64,000 nt of DNA, from the NCBI GenBank assembly GCA_012295275.1, contig CM022671.1, positions 25,296,001 through 25,360,000 of the forward strand. Direction: 5' to 3'. Shown here piece after piece: positions 1 through 17,452 of this stretch; within the stretch, counting starts at the first letter, position 1; each line of letters starts with the position of its first letter. The DNA is from Chrysomallon squamiferum. Its lineage: Eukaryota; Animalia; Mollusca. The notes under the pieces were generated by a model that saw only the letters and a program-made list of their open reading frames with translations, searched no databases and had not been told where the DNA came from. The translations under genes and the position numbers were made by a program.

Positions 1-1405
1 ACAGATCTAATCAAAAAAAACAAACAAAAAAAACAAAACATAAAACAAACCAACAATCTGTTTCAAGAATTAGCACGTTTGTCTCAAGTCGGCAGCAACG
101 ATCACCAGCACTGAGTGGTAACACCTTGCTGTAGCTCTCCTCCACGTCACAAACTGCAGGCTTATCTCGATTGCAGTTTGGTTTGTTATTTTTCTGTTCA
201 CAATTATAAAGAGCGCGGTGTCTTTGTCGACTGTAATTTTTAGCTAAAGAATAGTGTTATAAAAAAAAAAAATTAATATATTATGTTGTCAATGTGTTTA
301 GCTGTTTTTTATTTCTGAGCTTTATGATAATATTTTTATGTCGTCTTTTGTTGAATGTTGAAGTCATTTAAAGGACGTTTTTGCTTGTTATTCTGAAGAT
401 TTGTATTACGATTGTTTGTGTGTGAATGTAGCAGTTTCGTGAGAATTTTGATTTCTGAACTGTTTGACATTGAGTAAAAAGCCGTCGGTCGCAAATATGT
501 ATGTACAGGTTATATTTTTCTGTCAGCAAAAAATTTGACAGATATAGATGCAGCAAAAATGAAAAGAGTACGAAAGAGAAATATGGAGAGAGGGGCATAG
601 ATATAAAGATAAGACTGAGACATAGAAAGAAATTATTTAAGAAGAAGAAGAAGAAGAAAACAAAAAGAACTAAAAAATGAAATGGAAAAAGAAAACAAAA
701 AAATTGCGAATTAGTTTAATATACGCTTTGAAAACGATAGAAATTGCTCTGTAAAAATAAAAATAAAAATGGGCCGCTTTTTACTCCACCGTGGTGTAGT
801 CCTTATCACTATTTTAAATGAACATGTTGATTTACTCATAATTTCAGTTTTCAAATGAGATTTTTCATCTTAAGCTACCTTTTTTAACTGATATAATGCC
901 AGAGTTAAGCCTATTTCTGAGATTCGCCTATGTGTTGCATTCTATACGACAAAAATGTTAATTGTCTTTTCATTAACATCGTGAGGATTCTCAGTGAAAA
1001 TCCAGTTACTGTAGCTGTCTAGAACACGTATTCTGTAATACTTTAGGAGAATGAGTCCAGCGGACCTGCCGTTTATCTGAAGTAGAACGTTTAATTCATA
1101 ACTACCAGCATACATAAGCAGTCCCAAAACTTGACAGCAGCATTTGCAATTACCGACATGAACATAGAGATGTATCGAAATTCGATAACATAAAAATGAA
1201 AGCCTTTTCAAACTGTCTGGACCCATTTGATTCTTCATTTGACAGAAACCGACTCTGTATTAACCTCAGGGCACAGTATCAGACGACATTGGAACTGATG
1301 TCCTTAGCTGAGAGCAAAAATGGCAGGCAAAATGGCGGCGTCCCGAGTTTGTTAAAGTTAAATACATATCTATTAAAACAGTAAAAAAAATAACTTTCAA
1401 GTATA
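1..1405. repeat. Direct segmental duplicate, copy A (partner 3835-5230)
   Basis: Position 1 (acagatctaatcaaaaaaaa...) aligns with 3835 and stays collinear with only scattered substitutions and short indels until about 1405 vs 5230 (..taactttcaagtata / ..taactttgaagtata). Copy A is cut by the window start. Confidence 0.95.
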
Positions 1406-2032
1406 CAGATCATGTTGTGGCTGCGAATAATTGCGTACGCAAAGCCCGCGGTTCAGAAGATTAATAACAAAAATCTGTTGAGGTCACGTGACTTCAACGG
1501 AACTTTCTGACTGGCTCAAACCGGTGTTGACAAACATTGGCAAACGTTAAATTTCAGCTGTTTTCAGTTAATTAATTAATATTCATGAGTATTAGCAACT
1601 TTCTTAACAATACAGTACAACTTTCGCACTAATAAAAAGCTTAATTTTTACATATAGTACATGTATGATGGATTAAAACTATATAAGATAATAGGTGTTT
1701 GTGCTGCAAAATGACAAAGGAATCAGTTTCTTAGTAGATAATGAAGGAAAAATACCTGCAGATTTTATTCCGATAATAATTCGTAACTTTTTTTCGTGTC
1801 AGTGCTGTCAAAGAAATCTTGGTGTCACTTCTATATGCATTTTTGGCTCTTTCTAATAATGTATAATGTTTTAGAAAAATAATAATTTTGAAAATTTTGT
1901 CGGTTACCTACTAGTAGTGTTAGTAATTGTAGTAGTAGGAGTCGTTGTTGTTGTTGTTCTGCTCTATCATTCTAATATGGAACAAACTAATTATCAAAGA
2001 AGGCAAAACTTTATTCATTTATTTAAATCAAT

Positions 2033-2145
2033 TTAATTTCTTCTGTTATTCTGATCAAAAATCTCTTCATAAACACATGTGCCTGAAAAAGAAATAACAA
2101 ATAATAAGACTAATAATAATAATAATAACAACAACAACAACAACG

Positions 2146-2179
<34 letters not shown>

Positions 2180-2544
2180 TTTAAAAACAAAGAAAGAAAA
2201 TAAAATGAAAATGGAAACATTCAACGAGAAAAAACCAAATCAAGAAAAACAAATAAAAATACCCATCTCTCCAAGAGGCACATCTCGCCATCCACTGGAC
2301 TGACACCTTAGACCAGTTCCACAGGGACAGATATATTCCTGATTAAGAGGGCGAGGTCTATACAGTAGAGAAATACAATCTGAAAGAAACAAAATGTCTT
2401 GTTATATCTTTATATTAGCATTTATTGGAAGCGAAACTAGTAAATGTTATGTTTTATAATGTCTGAGCCTACAATCGCCTGAAAAGCAATTAAATTATGT
2501 GTTTTAATCATCATTAAATACAGTGCAAACAACAGGTATTCTTT

Positions 2545-2633
<89 letters not shown>

Positions 2634-3240
2634 TATTATGTCTAAAGTTTGCTGAATTCTGAAAAATGTACACCTATTAATATGTAGGTAAGTAAGTAGT
2701 CATACAAGTATGAGTATGTATACCATATTAGAAGACGAAGAAGCTTACTTGAGCCCGGACGTCCCAGTGGACCACAGTAACCAGCTGCTGATCTACGTCG
2801 TCTTCCTCTAGGTCTGTTATACGTCAGACAACATTCATCCGGTGCACAGTCAGCTGAGGTCATGCATGTGCTGGTATGTGAAAGAACATCTTCCAGGAAC
2901 AGCTAAACGATAAAATCAAACTTTTTTAATTTGGTTTTTTTCAGATGTTCTGCGTTTCAGAATCTGTTCTATGTCATTTTGTTTGATAAAATATCTAAAT
3001 ATATTGTCGACATTAATCTCTCTCTATCTCTGTCTCTATATATATCTGCTTCAAAAAGCTTTTACATAACCAAAAGAACGTCCTGCTATTTTTTCATACA
3101 TAAATTAATTAACAAACAACTAAGTAAGTAGTGTGTATGATATTAAACAAATAAACAAATGAACAATATTTGTGAAGAGAATACAAAAGCATTACTGTAC
3201 TTACTAGACAGACCAATATGGCGACGTACAAAGTCTTCAT
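2033..3240 (-). CDS. Secreted prokineticin/astakine/colipase-like Cys-rich protein 1 (118 aa, one 10-Cys domain)
   Basis: Exons 3240-3205, 2902-2749, 2379-2263, 2082-2033; all introns GT-AG, phases 0,1,1; 357 nt in frame. Protein MKTLYVAILVCLLFLEDVLSHTSTCMTSADCAPDECCLTYNRPRGRRRRSAAGYCGPLGRPGSNCISLLYRPRPLNQEYICPCGTGLRCQSSGWRDVPLGEMGTCVYEEIFDQNNRRN. It has a hydrophobic N-terminus and C-x5-C-x4-CC-x17-C-x9-C-x15-CxC-x5-C-x15-C, matching the prokineticin/MIT1/astakine spacing. No AVIT N-terminus. Confidence 0.88.
2556..2630. repeat. (GA)n microsatellite in intron 2 of Cys-rich gene 1
   Basis: Uninterrupted gagaga run. Confidence 0.95.
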
Positions 3241-3834
3241 GTTTACTCTTTCCTGTGTTGTTATGAACTGAACGTAACAGCAAACGTGACTAAAACGGTA
3301 TGACGACAACAATTTATTACAGTAATTTTGAATTGTTATTACTATTATTATTATTACTACTACTATTATTATTATTATATTTTTTTTATTTTTTTTTTTT
3401 TTATTATTATTATTTTAATTTCCGATAACATGCATGCAACCTTATAAAGTATAGGTCAGTTTAAATACGTTTTGTATACTTCCAAAAAGACTGTTTTAAT
3501 ATTACTGGCGACCATTCTATTCTAATAATTAAGTATAATAATAAAATAACTAATTCGTGTTCATGCAAGTAGACTGCCGCCGTTTTATAAATTATTCTGA
3601 TTACCTGGTGACAAGGAATATTCAATAAAATGGTCCAGGTATAAATGTCACTTTTTTAAGTGTCGTATTTTCAAAATAATTTATTATTTTCTTTTCATTT
3701 TTAGCAACAAGATGGATGCAGAGACACAGCTGTGAGCTCAGAAGCAAAACCAAAATCTCTGAACTTTACTTTGCAACAAAAACGTGTTACAGTATCTTTA
3801 TACAAGCGACATAAAATAACAGCTAGCATATGCG

Positions 3835-5230
3835 ACAGATCTAATCAAAAAAAAACAAACAAAAAAAAAACATAAAACAAACCAACAATCTGTTTCAAGA
3901 ATTAGCACGTTTGTCTCAAGTCGGCAGCAACGATCACCAGCACTGAGTGGTAACACCTTGCTGTAGCTCTCCTCCACGTCACAAACTGCAGGCTTATCTC
4001 GATTGCAGTTTGGTTTGTTATTATTCTGTTCAGTCATAAAGAGCGCGGTGTCTTTGTCGACTGTAATTTTTAGCTAAAGAATAGTATTATATAAAAAAAA
4101 TAATAATATATTATGTTGTCAATGTGTTTGGCTGACTTATACTTCTGAGCTTTATGATAATATTTTTATGTCGTCTTTTGTTGAATGTTGAAGTCATTTA
4201 AAGGACGTTTTTGCTGGTTATTCTGAAGGTTTGTATTACGATTGTTTGTGTATGAATGTAGCAGTTTCGTGAGAATTTTGATTTTTGAACTGTTTGACAC
4301 TGAGTAAAAAGCCGTCGGTCGCAAATGTGTATGTACAGGCTATATTTTTCTGTCAGCAAAAAAACTTGACAGATAGGATATAGAGGCAGCAAAAAAGAAA
4401 AGAGTACGAAAGAGAGAGGCGTAGATATAAAGATAAGACTGAGACATAGAAAGAAATTATTTAAGAAGAAGAAGAAGAAGAAAACAAAAAGAACAAAAAA
4501 TGAAATGGAAAAAGAAAACAAAAAAATTGCGAATTAGTTTAATATACGCTTTAAAAATGATAGAAATTGCTCAGAAAAAATAAAAATAAAAATGGGTCGC
4601 TTTTTACTCCACCATGGTGTAGTCCTTATCACTATTTTAAATGAACATGTTTATTTACTCATAATTTCAGCTTTCAAATGAGATTTTTCATCTTAAGGTA
4701 CCTTTTTTAACTTATAATGCCAGAGTTAAGCCTATTACTGAGATTCGCCTATGTATTGCATTCTCTACGACAAAAATGTTAATTTTCTTTTCATTTACAT
4801 CGTGAGGGTTCTCAGTGAAAATCCAGTTACTGTAGCTGTCTAGAACACGTATTCTGTAATACTTTAGGAGAATGAGTCCAGCGGACCTGCCGTTTATCTG
4901 AAGTAGAACGTTTAATTCATAACTACCAGCATACATAAGCAGTCCCAAAACTTGACAGTAGCATTTGCAAAGACCGACATGAACATAGAGATGTATCGAA
5001 ATCCGATAACATAAAAATGAAAGCCTTTTCAAACTGTCTGGACCCATTTGATTCTTCATTTGACAGAAACCGACTCTGTATTAACCTCAGGGCACAGTAT
5101 CAGACGACATCGGAACTGATGTCCTTAGCTGAGAGCAAAAATGGCGGGCAAAATGGCGGCGTCCCGACTTTGTTAAAGTTAAATACGTATCATTAAAAAC
5201 AGTTAAAAAAAAATAATAACTTTGAAGTAT
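3835..5230. repeat. Direct segmental duplicate, copy B (partner 1-1405)
   Basis: Near-identical to 1-1405 at an offset of about 3.83 kb; lies 0.6-2.0 kb upstream of the gene 1 ATG. Confidence 0.95.
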
Positions 5231-6292
5231 AAAGAATTTGATCAGACTGTTTATTCAAAGCGTCACAGGAACACTTTAATGACATTTGAGTTAAAATGTA
5301 AACAACATTACAATAATAATAATAGCAATAACAATAACAAAACGGTGTAAATCGTGATCTGTGAAACACATCTGTTCCTATAGTTTGTTCTGTTGAATGA
5401 GAATAATTATTATAATTAATAAGGTATGTTGCTATTCATTTATTGATGTTGTTATTATTATTATAAATATGGTATTAAAAATTCCACTTTTCGTTTTTTG
5501 TTCAACTTTAGAAACGAGCGGTGTCTATGCAGACTGTTGTTGTTGTTAAGCCGTGATAAATTACATTATCAACGCGTTTGGATCTTGCTGAGTTTTCTAA
5601 TAAAATCTGGGCGATGTCTTCTGTTGAATAATGAGTCATATCGTTGTGCTTTATGACTGCAGGTGTTGCGTATTGTGTGTGTATCTCTGGCCATGTTATG
5701 TTGAGACATTTGCAGTTGTGAATATGTTTACGTGTGATAAAAGAAATGTATAACTCTTTGTGCAAACCGGCGCATTTATTACAAGCGTTATTGCAATATA
5801 TTATTTGATTATTAACAGATAATATTCAGTATTTGGTTTACCCAGCTTGTACGCAAGGCAGTGAGACAGACATTCCCCGCCCCTGTTTATATTCAACAGA
5901 AATGAAACTGTGAACTGACGTTGACGTTTGAAATGCTTTGACACCTGCAGATCTCTTTGATTCTATTTTGGTACATGAACACTCATTCATTTGCGTATCG
6001 GTCACGAAATGTTTTGATAAAATGCACGAAAAATGACTTTTACGCAGACGTGATTGCGCTAATTCAAAATCTTTTCTAGTGTTTACACTTTGGAGTTTTA
6101 ATTTATCAGTGCACTAAGAACTGAGTAAGCTAACATAAGTAGATTTGCAGTATTTGGTTGAATGGACATTGAATACACGTCCTAAGACGATCATTGTTGT
6201 ACGAATGTTGTAAAAAGATAATGAGGAATGAAGGTGACCCATATCCACATGCAGCAAAAAATAGTGTCCAACAAACTTAATTAATATCGTAC

Positions 6293-6590
6293 ACAACGTT
6301 ATCTCGTAATATCACAGACAACGTTACCTCGTAAAATCACATACAACGTTATCTCGTATTATCGTATACAACATAATCTCGTAACATCACATACAGCGTT
6401 ATCTTGTAATATCACACACAACGTTATCTCGTAATATCACATACAACGTTACCTCGTAAAATCACATACAACGTTACCTCGTAATATAGCAATGTTATCT
6501 AATAACAGCGCAATGATTATCTCTTAATAACAAAATAATATGTCGTAATAATCCAATTCTATCTCATAATAATGCAAAATTATCTTGTAA
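6293..6590. repeat. 25-bp minisatellite (ACAACGTTATCTCGTAATATCACAK), about 8 good copies, then decaying
   Basis: Unit visible repeatedly from 6293 to about 6490, with shorter degenerate units to about 6590. Confidence 0.9.
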
Positions 6591-7219
6591 TAACGCAGTA
6601 GATTTTTTTCTTTTTTACTAGCTGGGTTAACTGGCTTCCTCACCATTTCTGTTTTATTTCATGCATTAATGTATATGATTTCTCTTTATGTCTTTTTAAA
6701 ATATGTCTTTTTAAAAAAAAATTAAAACTATGAAGTAAGAAATCTATCTAAAATATATACATACACACAAACACAAACATGCATATGTAAATTATGATTA
6801 CTTAACAAGATGCAAAGAATTTTAAAAAGGAAAAACAATATTTTATACATATATATCACATATTTAGCTACGTTTTGCATCAGCAAACAGCCCTAAGCAA
6901 ATTTCTTTTTTTAAATGTGAGCACTATAACTCTAGAATGAAAATGAAACAAAGTCTCTCGCTTTAGCCTATAAAATACAAGACTGCTTAAAAGCCAGACA
7001 CATTTATATGTAAACCTTAATTTATTCTCACTGTTTGTTTTAAGATCTGTCGGAATCTTCAAAGCTGGTCACCTAAAATATCTGAAATCCAAAAGGATTA
7101 TAATAAAAATTAATTATAGAAATAGGAGATGCAAACTGAAATGAAATACCGTGTTTTCTAGCAGTATCGTTTATAAAGAAAAATAGCCTCCGGCCTTTTT
7201 CCCATTCAGACCAAATTTT

Positions 7220-7224
<5 letters not shown>

Positions 7225-7296
<72 letters not shown>

Positions 7297-7309
7297 AGTA
7301 GTAGTAGTG

Positions 7310-7366
<57 letters not shown>

Positions 7367-7367
7367 A
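7225..7367. repeat. Compound (AAT)n(AGT)n microsatellite
   Basis: Direct reading. Confidence 0.95.
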
Positions 7368-7704
7368 TATACTATTTCAAAAATATTCTTATATTATATT
7401 AACAAAGTTCATTTTCACTTTACTAAATTAAAAATATTTTCTACCAGGACAGTAAATCATAAATTATTATTCACTAAGAATGGCGCGTGTAAGATTTCTT
7501 TCTTTTTTTCTTTTTTCTCTTTCTTTCTTTCTTTCTTTCTTCCCTTTCTTTCTTTCTTTCTTTCTTTCTTTCAGAATAATGGTTAGTGCTAAAATAATAT
7601 TGTTCTCAACGTTTATAAATCAAGTTAAGAGAAATCAGAAAAAACACAGTGTTATATTACATCATTTATTTAAAACAGAGTGTAGATTTCAGCTCCCTTT
7701 TTCA

Positions 7705-8880
7705 TCACCACCTTGTAGACAGCCACGAAAAACTAAACTGACACTTTCCTGAAATGAAAAAAAATATAGTTAATAAATACTTCAACATAGGAAATAAATA
7801 CTTCAATAAATAAATAAATAAATAAAATAATAGGTATAACTGCAAACTTAATTATGTTATAAATACACAATATATATATATATATATTCAATACATTATT
7901 ATTTGCTAAAGTTGTTATATACCTCCAATTTTTTGACACGTATTAATATTTTTATTTCAAGATAAATTTTAAATGGCCTCTTCGAATGTTATCAAAGGTT
8001 AGAAATTCTTTGTAACTTCTGTTAATAATTAGAAATACAAACCAATTCGCCCCAGAGGGATATCTGTTATTCCAGTCGGCACACACTGCAGAAGCATCGG
8101 AAACCTGCATCGTGGACACATCTGCGGGTGGTCCACATAGCACTCTGAGAAATGAAACAGTAAATTATAAAACATAAGTGCATTACCAGCACAGAATAGT
8201 GTTTATATTGCGTACTATTCAAATGTGAAAATATTCTTTGGTAAAATACACGTTCTGTAACATTAAAGGAAACCTGGCCATAACATTAATACTTAGTCAG
8301 TTAATATGACAATGCTTACAATAACGTTTATTGTCTGCAACACTAATTTCTCAGTTTAATTTTTTTAAATTTTATTATTATTATTATTTTTTTTTTTTTT
8401 TTTTTTTTGTCTGAAGTCAAAATGGCGGCTCAACGCATGATCTTCTTAAAAAAACAATAACAAGAAATACATGTGTGTGTGCGCGTGTGTGTGCGTGTGT
8501 GTCGTGAGAAGAATATATACATATCTAGAGATTAACAGAGTTCAAAGGGTGTTCCGTGAAGGATGGACTCTGTGCTTATCATTCCTTTAAACGCGACAGA
8601 AAATGAGGTGTATTCAAATAAACGTTTACATGAAAACATACGAAGAAAGGACAGAAACAGATAATGTACTAACGCTCTCCTATTTTGCTTAACGGGCGAC
8701 ATGTTCCCAAAGACGAAGATCTCTTCCGTCGCTTGCCGATTGGACGATTCTTCATGAGACAGCATTCCAAAGGGCCACAGTCCCTGTCACTGTCACAGGG
8801 TCTTGATTCTCTTACACACGTCCCTGTTTCAAAACGCAGAGTAGAGTCCAACATCATAACAACAACAATAACAACAACAT

Positions 8881-8914
<34 letters not shown>

Positions 8915-9585
8915 ACAATAATAATAAAAATAATAACGACAATTATAATATGAATAACAGTTGTGGGCTTTTTGTTGTTGTATTGAGGGTTTTTTTCATA
9001 TACAGTTAATTACACTTTTGTTTCCTTTCGTTTATTAATCTTAAAAAAGTATAATAATAAATAATAATTATTATTATGATCATTATTATTATTATCAATA
9101 TCATTATGATCATGCTGATGATGAGAATAATAATAAGAAGAAGAAGAAGAAGAATGACATTGATGATAATAAATTTATTTATTATGATGATGATAATGAT
9201 GATAATGATAATAATAATGTCACCAGTGTATCCTATGGGAATAATTCTGTGTCCGTCTGGTTTACACGTGAGTTCGTCTGCACAAGGACAATAATAACTT
9301 TTGTATGTACTGGCATTTGACAGAGGTGCCACACCTTTTCCTTGAACAATACAAGCTGAAATAAATAAGTAAATACATAAATAAATAAATACATAAATAA
9401 ATAAAATATAAATGCTAATCATTGTTTGACCTCTAACATCAGTTACACTACAAAAACAACAAATATTACTATTACTGCTTTCGTAATATTTATATTATAA
9501 CAAATTTATTTTAGAATTAAATATAAATATATCTGATCCTTTGCGATAATCCATATTATTATATGTCTAGCACAAAACACACACA

Positions 9586-9619
<34 letters not shown>

Positions 9620-10675
9620 TATACACACACACACACACACACACACAGCCCTACAGACAAGCAATCTTAAATACTGAAAAAAAAACTTGCTGTTTATTTA
9701 ATATATGTATAAGCATACATACGCGAGCCTTCATTTCCTCGTTTTTTACAAGAGGCTGGTGCACCGTAGCTGATATCACGACGTCGTCTGCCTTTGAAGC
9801 TTGGTATTTCCAAACAGCATTCGTCATCTGCGCACTGGGACTGGTCGTGGCACGAGTGATATTTGCACGAATTCGCTACTGCAAACAGCAGCTGAAAGCA
9901 GACGTCAACGTAACTGAATAATGAGGTAGTTAAAATGCCGCACTAACTCATGGTAGGTCGTCACTTAAACTCCGAGCTTCGCCCACCGCCTGTCCTAGCG
10001 AATTTCACGCTCTCCTTTCGTTCGTTCAGTTTATCACAATACTATTACCAACGAAGTTGTAATTCATGGAAACATCTTTATTTAGCTTGAAGCAAAGCAA
10101 TACCAAAAATACCGATAGTGTAATGTAAAGTTGAACATAAATAGAACCTACATATCTAGCTACTTAAAGAAATTGTCTCGTTAACCTTTCAACAAAGTGA
10201 TTCAGAATATTGTTAAAATTTAATTTCCGGGGTACAGACGATTCTACATGTATTGATGCCAAACTGACCCGTAATGTCCTTTTTTATACAGTTTAACGCA
10301 TCCTTAGCGTCTCTCGTATCAAAGGGTTTTTCTATAAATTAATTCTGCTAACGCGCAAGGAGCTTTTGCCTTATACGTAGTGTTAACATATAACACTAAA
10401 AGAAACAAGATTCATACACCCCTTCTTTGGTGGGCCCCTGGACTTCAGCCTAATCGATCTAAGGCATAATGCAGCGCTGGATAGTTACAATGAAGACCAG
10501 CAGATACGAACCATAACTCTACATGGATAATAAAATACAAAAGGACAATGAATGAAAACCTTAATTTATAATACATGGAATTTTCCTACCAGCAAAAAGA
10601 AATATTTTATAGATACCTTTTCATAGACAGCAATTAACTATTGCTAATGAAAATAGATAAAAAGTGTATTTAATA

Positions 10676-10717
<42 letters not shown>

Positions 10718-10838
10718 AAATTAGTTAATCTAGCTTTTTATTATTTTCATTAGTATGGATACTAACTGTTATATCTGAATACACAATACTTACACACCAC
10801 ACAGCAATTGTAAATATCAAAACCTTTGCTGCGTCCAT
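7705..10838 (-). CDS. Secreted prokineticin/astakine/colipase-like Cys-rich protein 2 (213 aa, two tandem 10-Cys domains)
   Basis: Exons 10838-10794, 9891-9723, 9355-9224, 8823-8674, 8144-8043, 7748-7705; GT-AG, phases 0,1,1,1,1; 642 nt. Protein MDAAKVLIFTIAVWCLLFAVANSCKYHSCHDQSQCADDECCLEIPSFKGRRRRDISYGAPASCKKRGNEGSPCIVQGKGVAPLSNASTYKSYYCPCADELTCKPDGHRIIPIGYTGTCVRESRPCDSDRDCGPLECCLMKNRPIGKRRKRSSSLGTCRPLSKIGEQCYVDHPQMCPRCRFPMLLQCVPTGITDIPLGRIGKCQFSFSWLSTRW. TATA box upstream; AATAAA at 7670-7665 downstream. Confidence 0.87.
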
Positions 10839-10881
10839 GCTGTTTATACACCACACATTACTAACAGATTCTGTGTTACTC

Positions 10882-10889
10882 TTTATATA
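10882..10889 (-). promoter_or_regulatory. TATA box of Cys-rich gene 2
   Basis: CTATATAAAG on the minus strand, about 45 nt upstream of ATG 10838. Confidence 0.6.
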
Positions 10890-10919
10890 GTCGTATAACT
10901 GAACGAAAACATCCATGGA

Positions 10920-10950
<31 letters not shown>

Positions 10951-11474
10951 CATCAAGTATTTATTCTGTACAGGATACCACCCATCCTATATTTATCTTT
11001 TCATCTGACCTATGCACCAGCAATCGCTCATTAAAATTGAAGAGTTCGCACATTAGATATAAAATAAAACGGATATGTGGAACGTCAATAAATCTCATTA
11101 GCTGGTAGGCAGTGAAATCAAGGACGGGGAACTAATAAAAGAAACTGTTGATGGTTGTTTAATATGCAGAGTGTCGAGCCGAGTTGTCCCGGGGCAATGT
11201 GTGATGTCGCTCACGTCGTTGAGAGAAGTTTGAAACTAAGTGTAAAATGACGAAGACAAACCGAGGCGTCATTTTTAACAGACAGAGTAGTAGGTGGCTG
11301 ACGATAAGACAGAAAGATGAGGGTCGGAGGAAGGAAAATGAGAGATAAAAGAAGACAGAAATATAAACATATGTATGGATGGAATGGTGGAAAGAGTGAT
11401 TTAAAAAAATAAAGACAAAGAGAGAAATGATAATTATGAGAGTGAGATAAACACACACACAAACATATACATAC

Positions 11475-11584
<110 letters not shown>

Positions 11585-12739
11585 TTTAGGATAATTATTC
11601 AAATATGATATATGTACGCGATCATTTATCCAGCTTCCACATTCAGAAGTGTATTAATAATATATAATATAAATCTATTTTCGTACTTTGGTCGCCTTTT
11701 CTTATTTTATATTTTAAGTATATATTATATTTTAAAAATCCAGACATCCTGGTCACATCCGGTTATATGACTGTCGGATAAATGTTGTTGCATTTGTTTT
11801 TGTTTTATGTGAGATCATAGTTTTATTTATTAATAGTTTTCTCATTCCTTTTTAACTTGTCACCGATTTATTGATGTATCTTTGCACATTTAGCTTCAGT
11901 GTAACAGTGCATTTGGTATACAGAAGTTAGACGTCAATGGTGACCTATTTTCTGTTAGCAGACGACACTTTCCACGTAAAACACAACGATGATGACGATA
12001 ATAATAATAATAATAATAATAATAAATCCACACAATAAAAAAATAGTTTAAAAAAAAAAAAAACGAAACGAAACGAATACAAAAACAATCTAACATTTTG
12101 TTTCATTTTCATTCATTCAACAAAAATAAAGCGGATAAATTTTGTTGTTATTCAGTTTGCATCTAAAACTAATAATGATATAAAGTTATTTTCAAAAAGG
12201 TAACAAGAATAACATGACAAAATATGTCAGTTTAAAGCTTTTATAAAATACTTATATATCCGAATAAGAGTATCCAGTTAAAAACTGATTTCTTTTAATA
12301 TGATTTTAAATTTACGAAGAAATATGTAGCATTTTTAATTTCACTTTTTTTTTTTTAGCTTTAGACACACACACACACGCACACACACACACACACACAC
12401 AAACACACGTATAAATGTTGTTACAGGATAGATTTGTGTTTTCAATTCGTATGTTAATTGTATTTTACTCGTCCAGCTTCCTCGTATAGCTTGGTTATGA
12501 GCATCCTGGTAAACCCGAATTCATTTTAACAAATAATAATCACCCACAGTTTAATGATGATGACGATGGTGCTAGCCTTTTTTTTTTATTATTTATTTAT
12601 TTATTTATTTACAAAAAAAAAAAATAATAATAATAATAATAATAATTTCTGATTCTTTTGGCAGCGAGACATTGCACAACATAGGTAAAAACAAAAACAG
12701 AACAGAATTTTGTAATGGTTAACGTACTGATGATAGATT

Positions 12740-12778
<39 letters not shown>

Positions 12779-13001
12779 TGTTATAATTATTATTATTATT
12801 GTTATGATTATTATTACTTTTAATAAATTTTTAAAATAAAACCTAGATGAGCACTATTATGTAATAATCATATATCTTATAATAACTTTTTTTAATATGT
12901 AAATTGCGTCTTCAAATTTTGTATTTTTGATTTACGTCATCGTTCTCTCTGAAAGACTCCTGTGTCTGTATTCGGAATGTCTTGAGGGCATGACATTGTA
13001 C

Positions 13002-13009
13002 TATAAATA
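13002..13009 (+). promoter_or_regulatory. TATA box of Cys-rich gene 3
   Basis: CTATAAATAG about 60 nt upstream of ATG 13070; CRE-like TTACGTCA near 12932. Confidence 0.6.
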
Positions 13010-13069
13010 GTTCAGACAACGTTAAAAACTATCACGAATTACAGCCAGTGTCATAACCTTCCGTAAAAC

Positions 13070-17452
<4,383 letters not shown>

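Noticed and set aside
942-5059. Paired near-identical ORFs (942-1238/4712-5059 and 368-598/4198-4521)
   Set aside because: Similarity comes from the recent DNA duplication. The copies differ by frame-changing indels, and the translations have no recognisable domain.
6293-6590. Regularly spaced 25-bp repeat that might suggest a CRISPR array
   Set aside because: Head-to-tail units with no unique spacers, eukaryotic context and no cas genes: it is a minisatellite.
9006-9422. ORFs with poly-Ile/Leu/Asn/Ser-Leu/His-Thr tracts here and at 2033-2303, 11159-11602, 17133-17390, 20962-21177, 58722-58973, 59593-60057
   Set aside because: Translations of simple repeats; only the embedded short exons listed in the gene models are credible.
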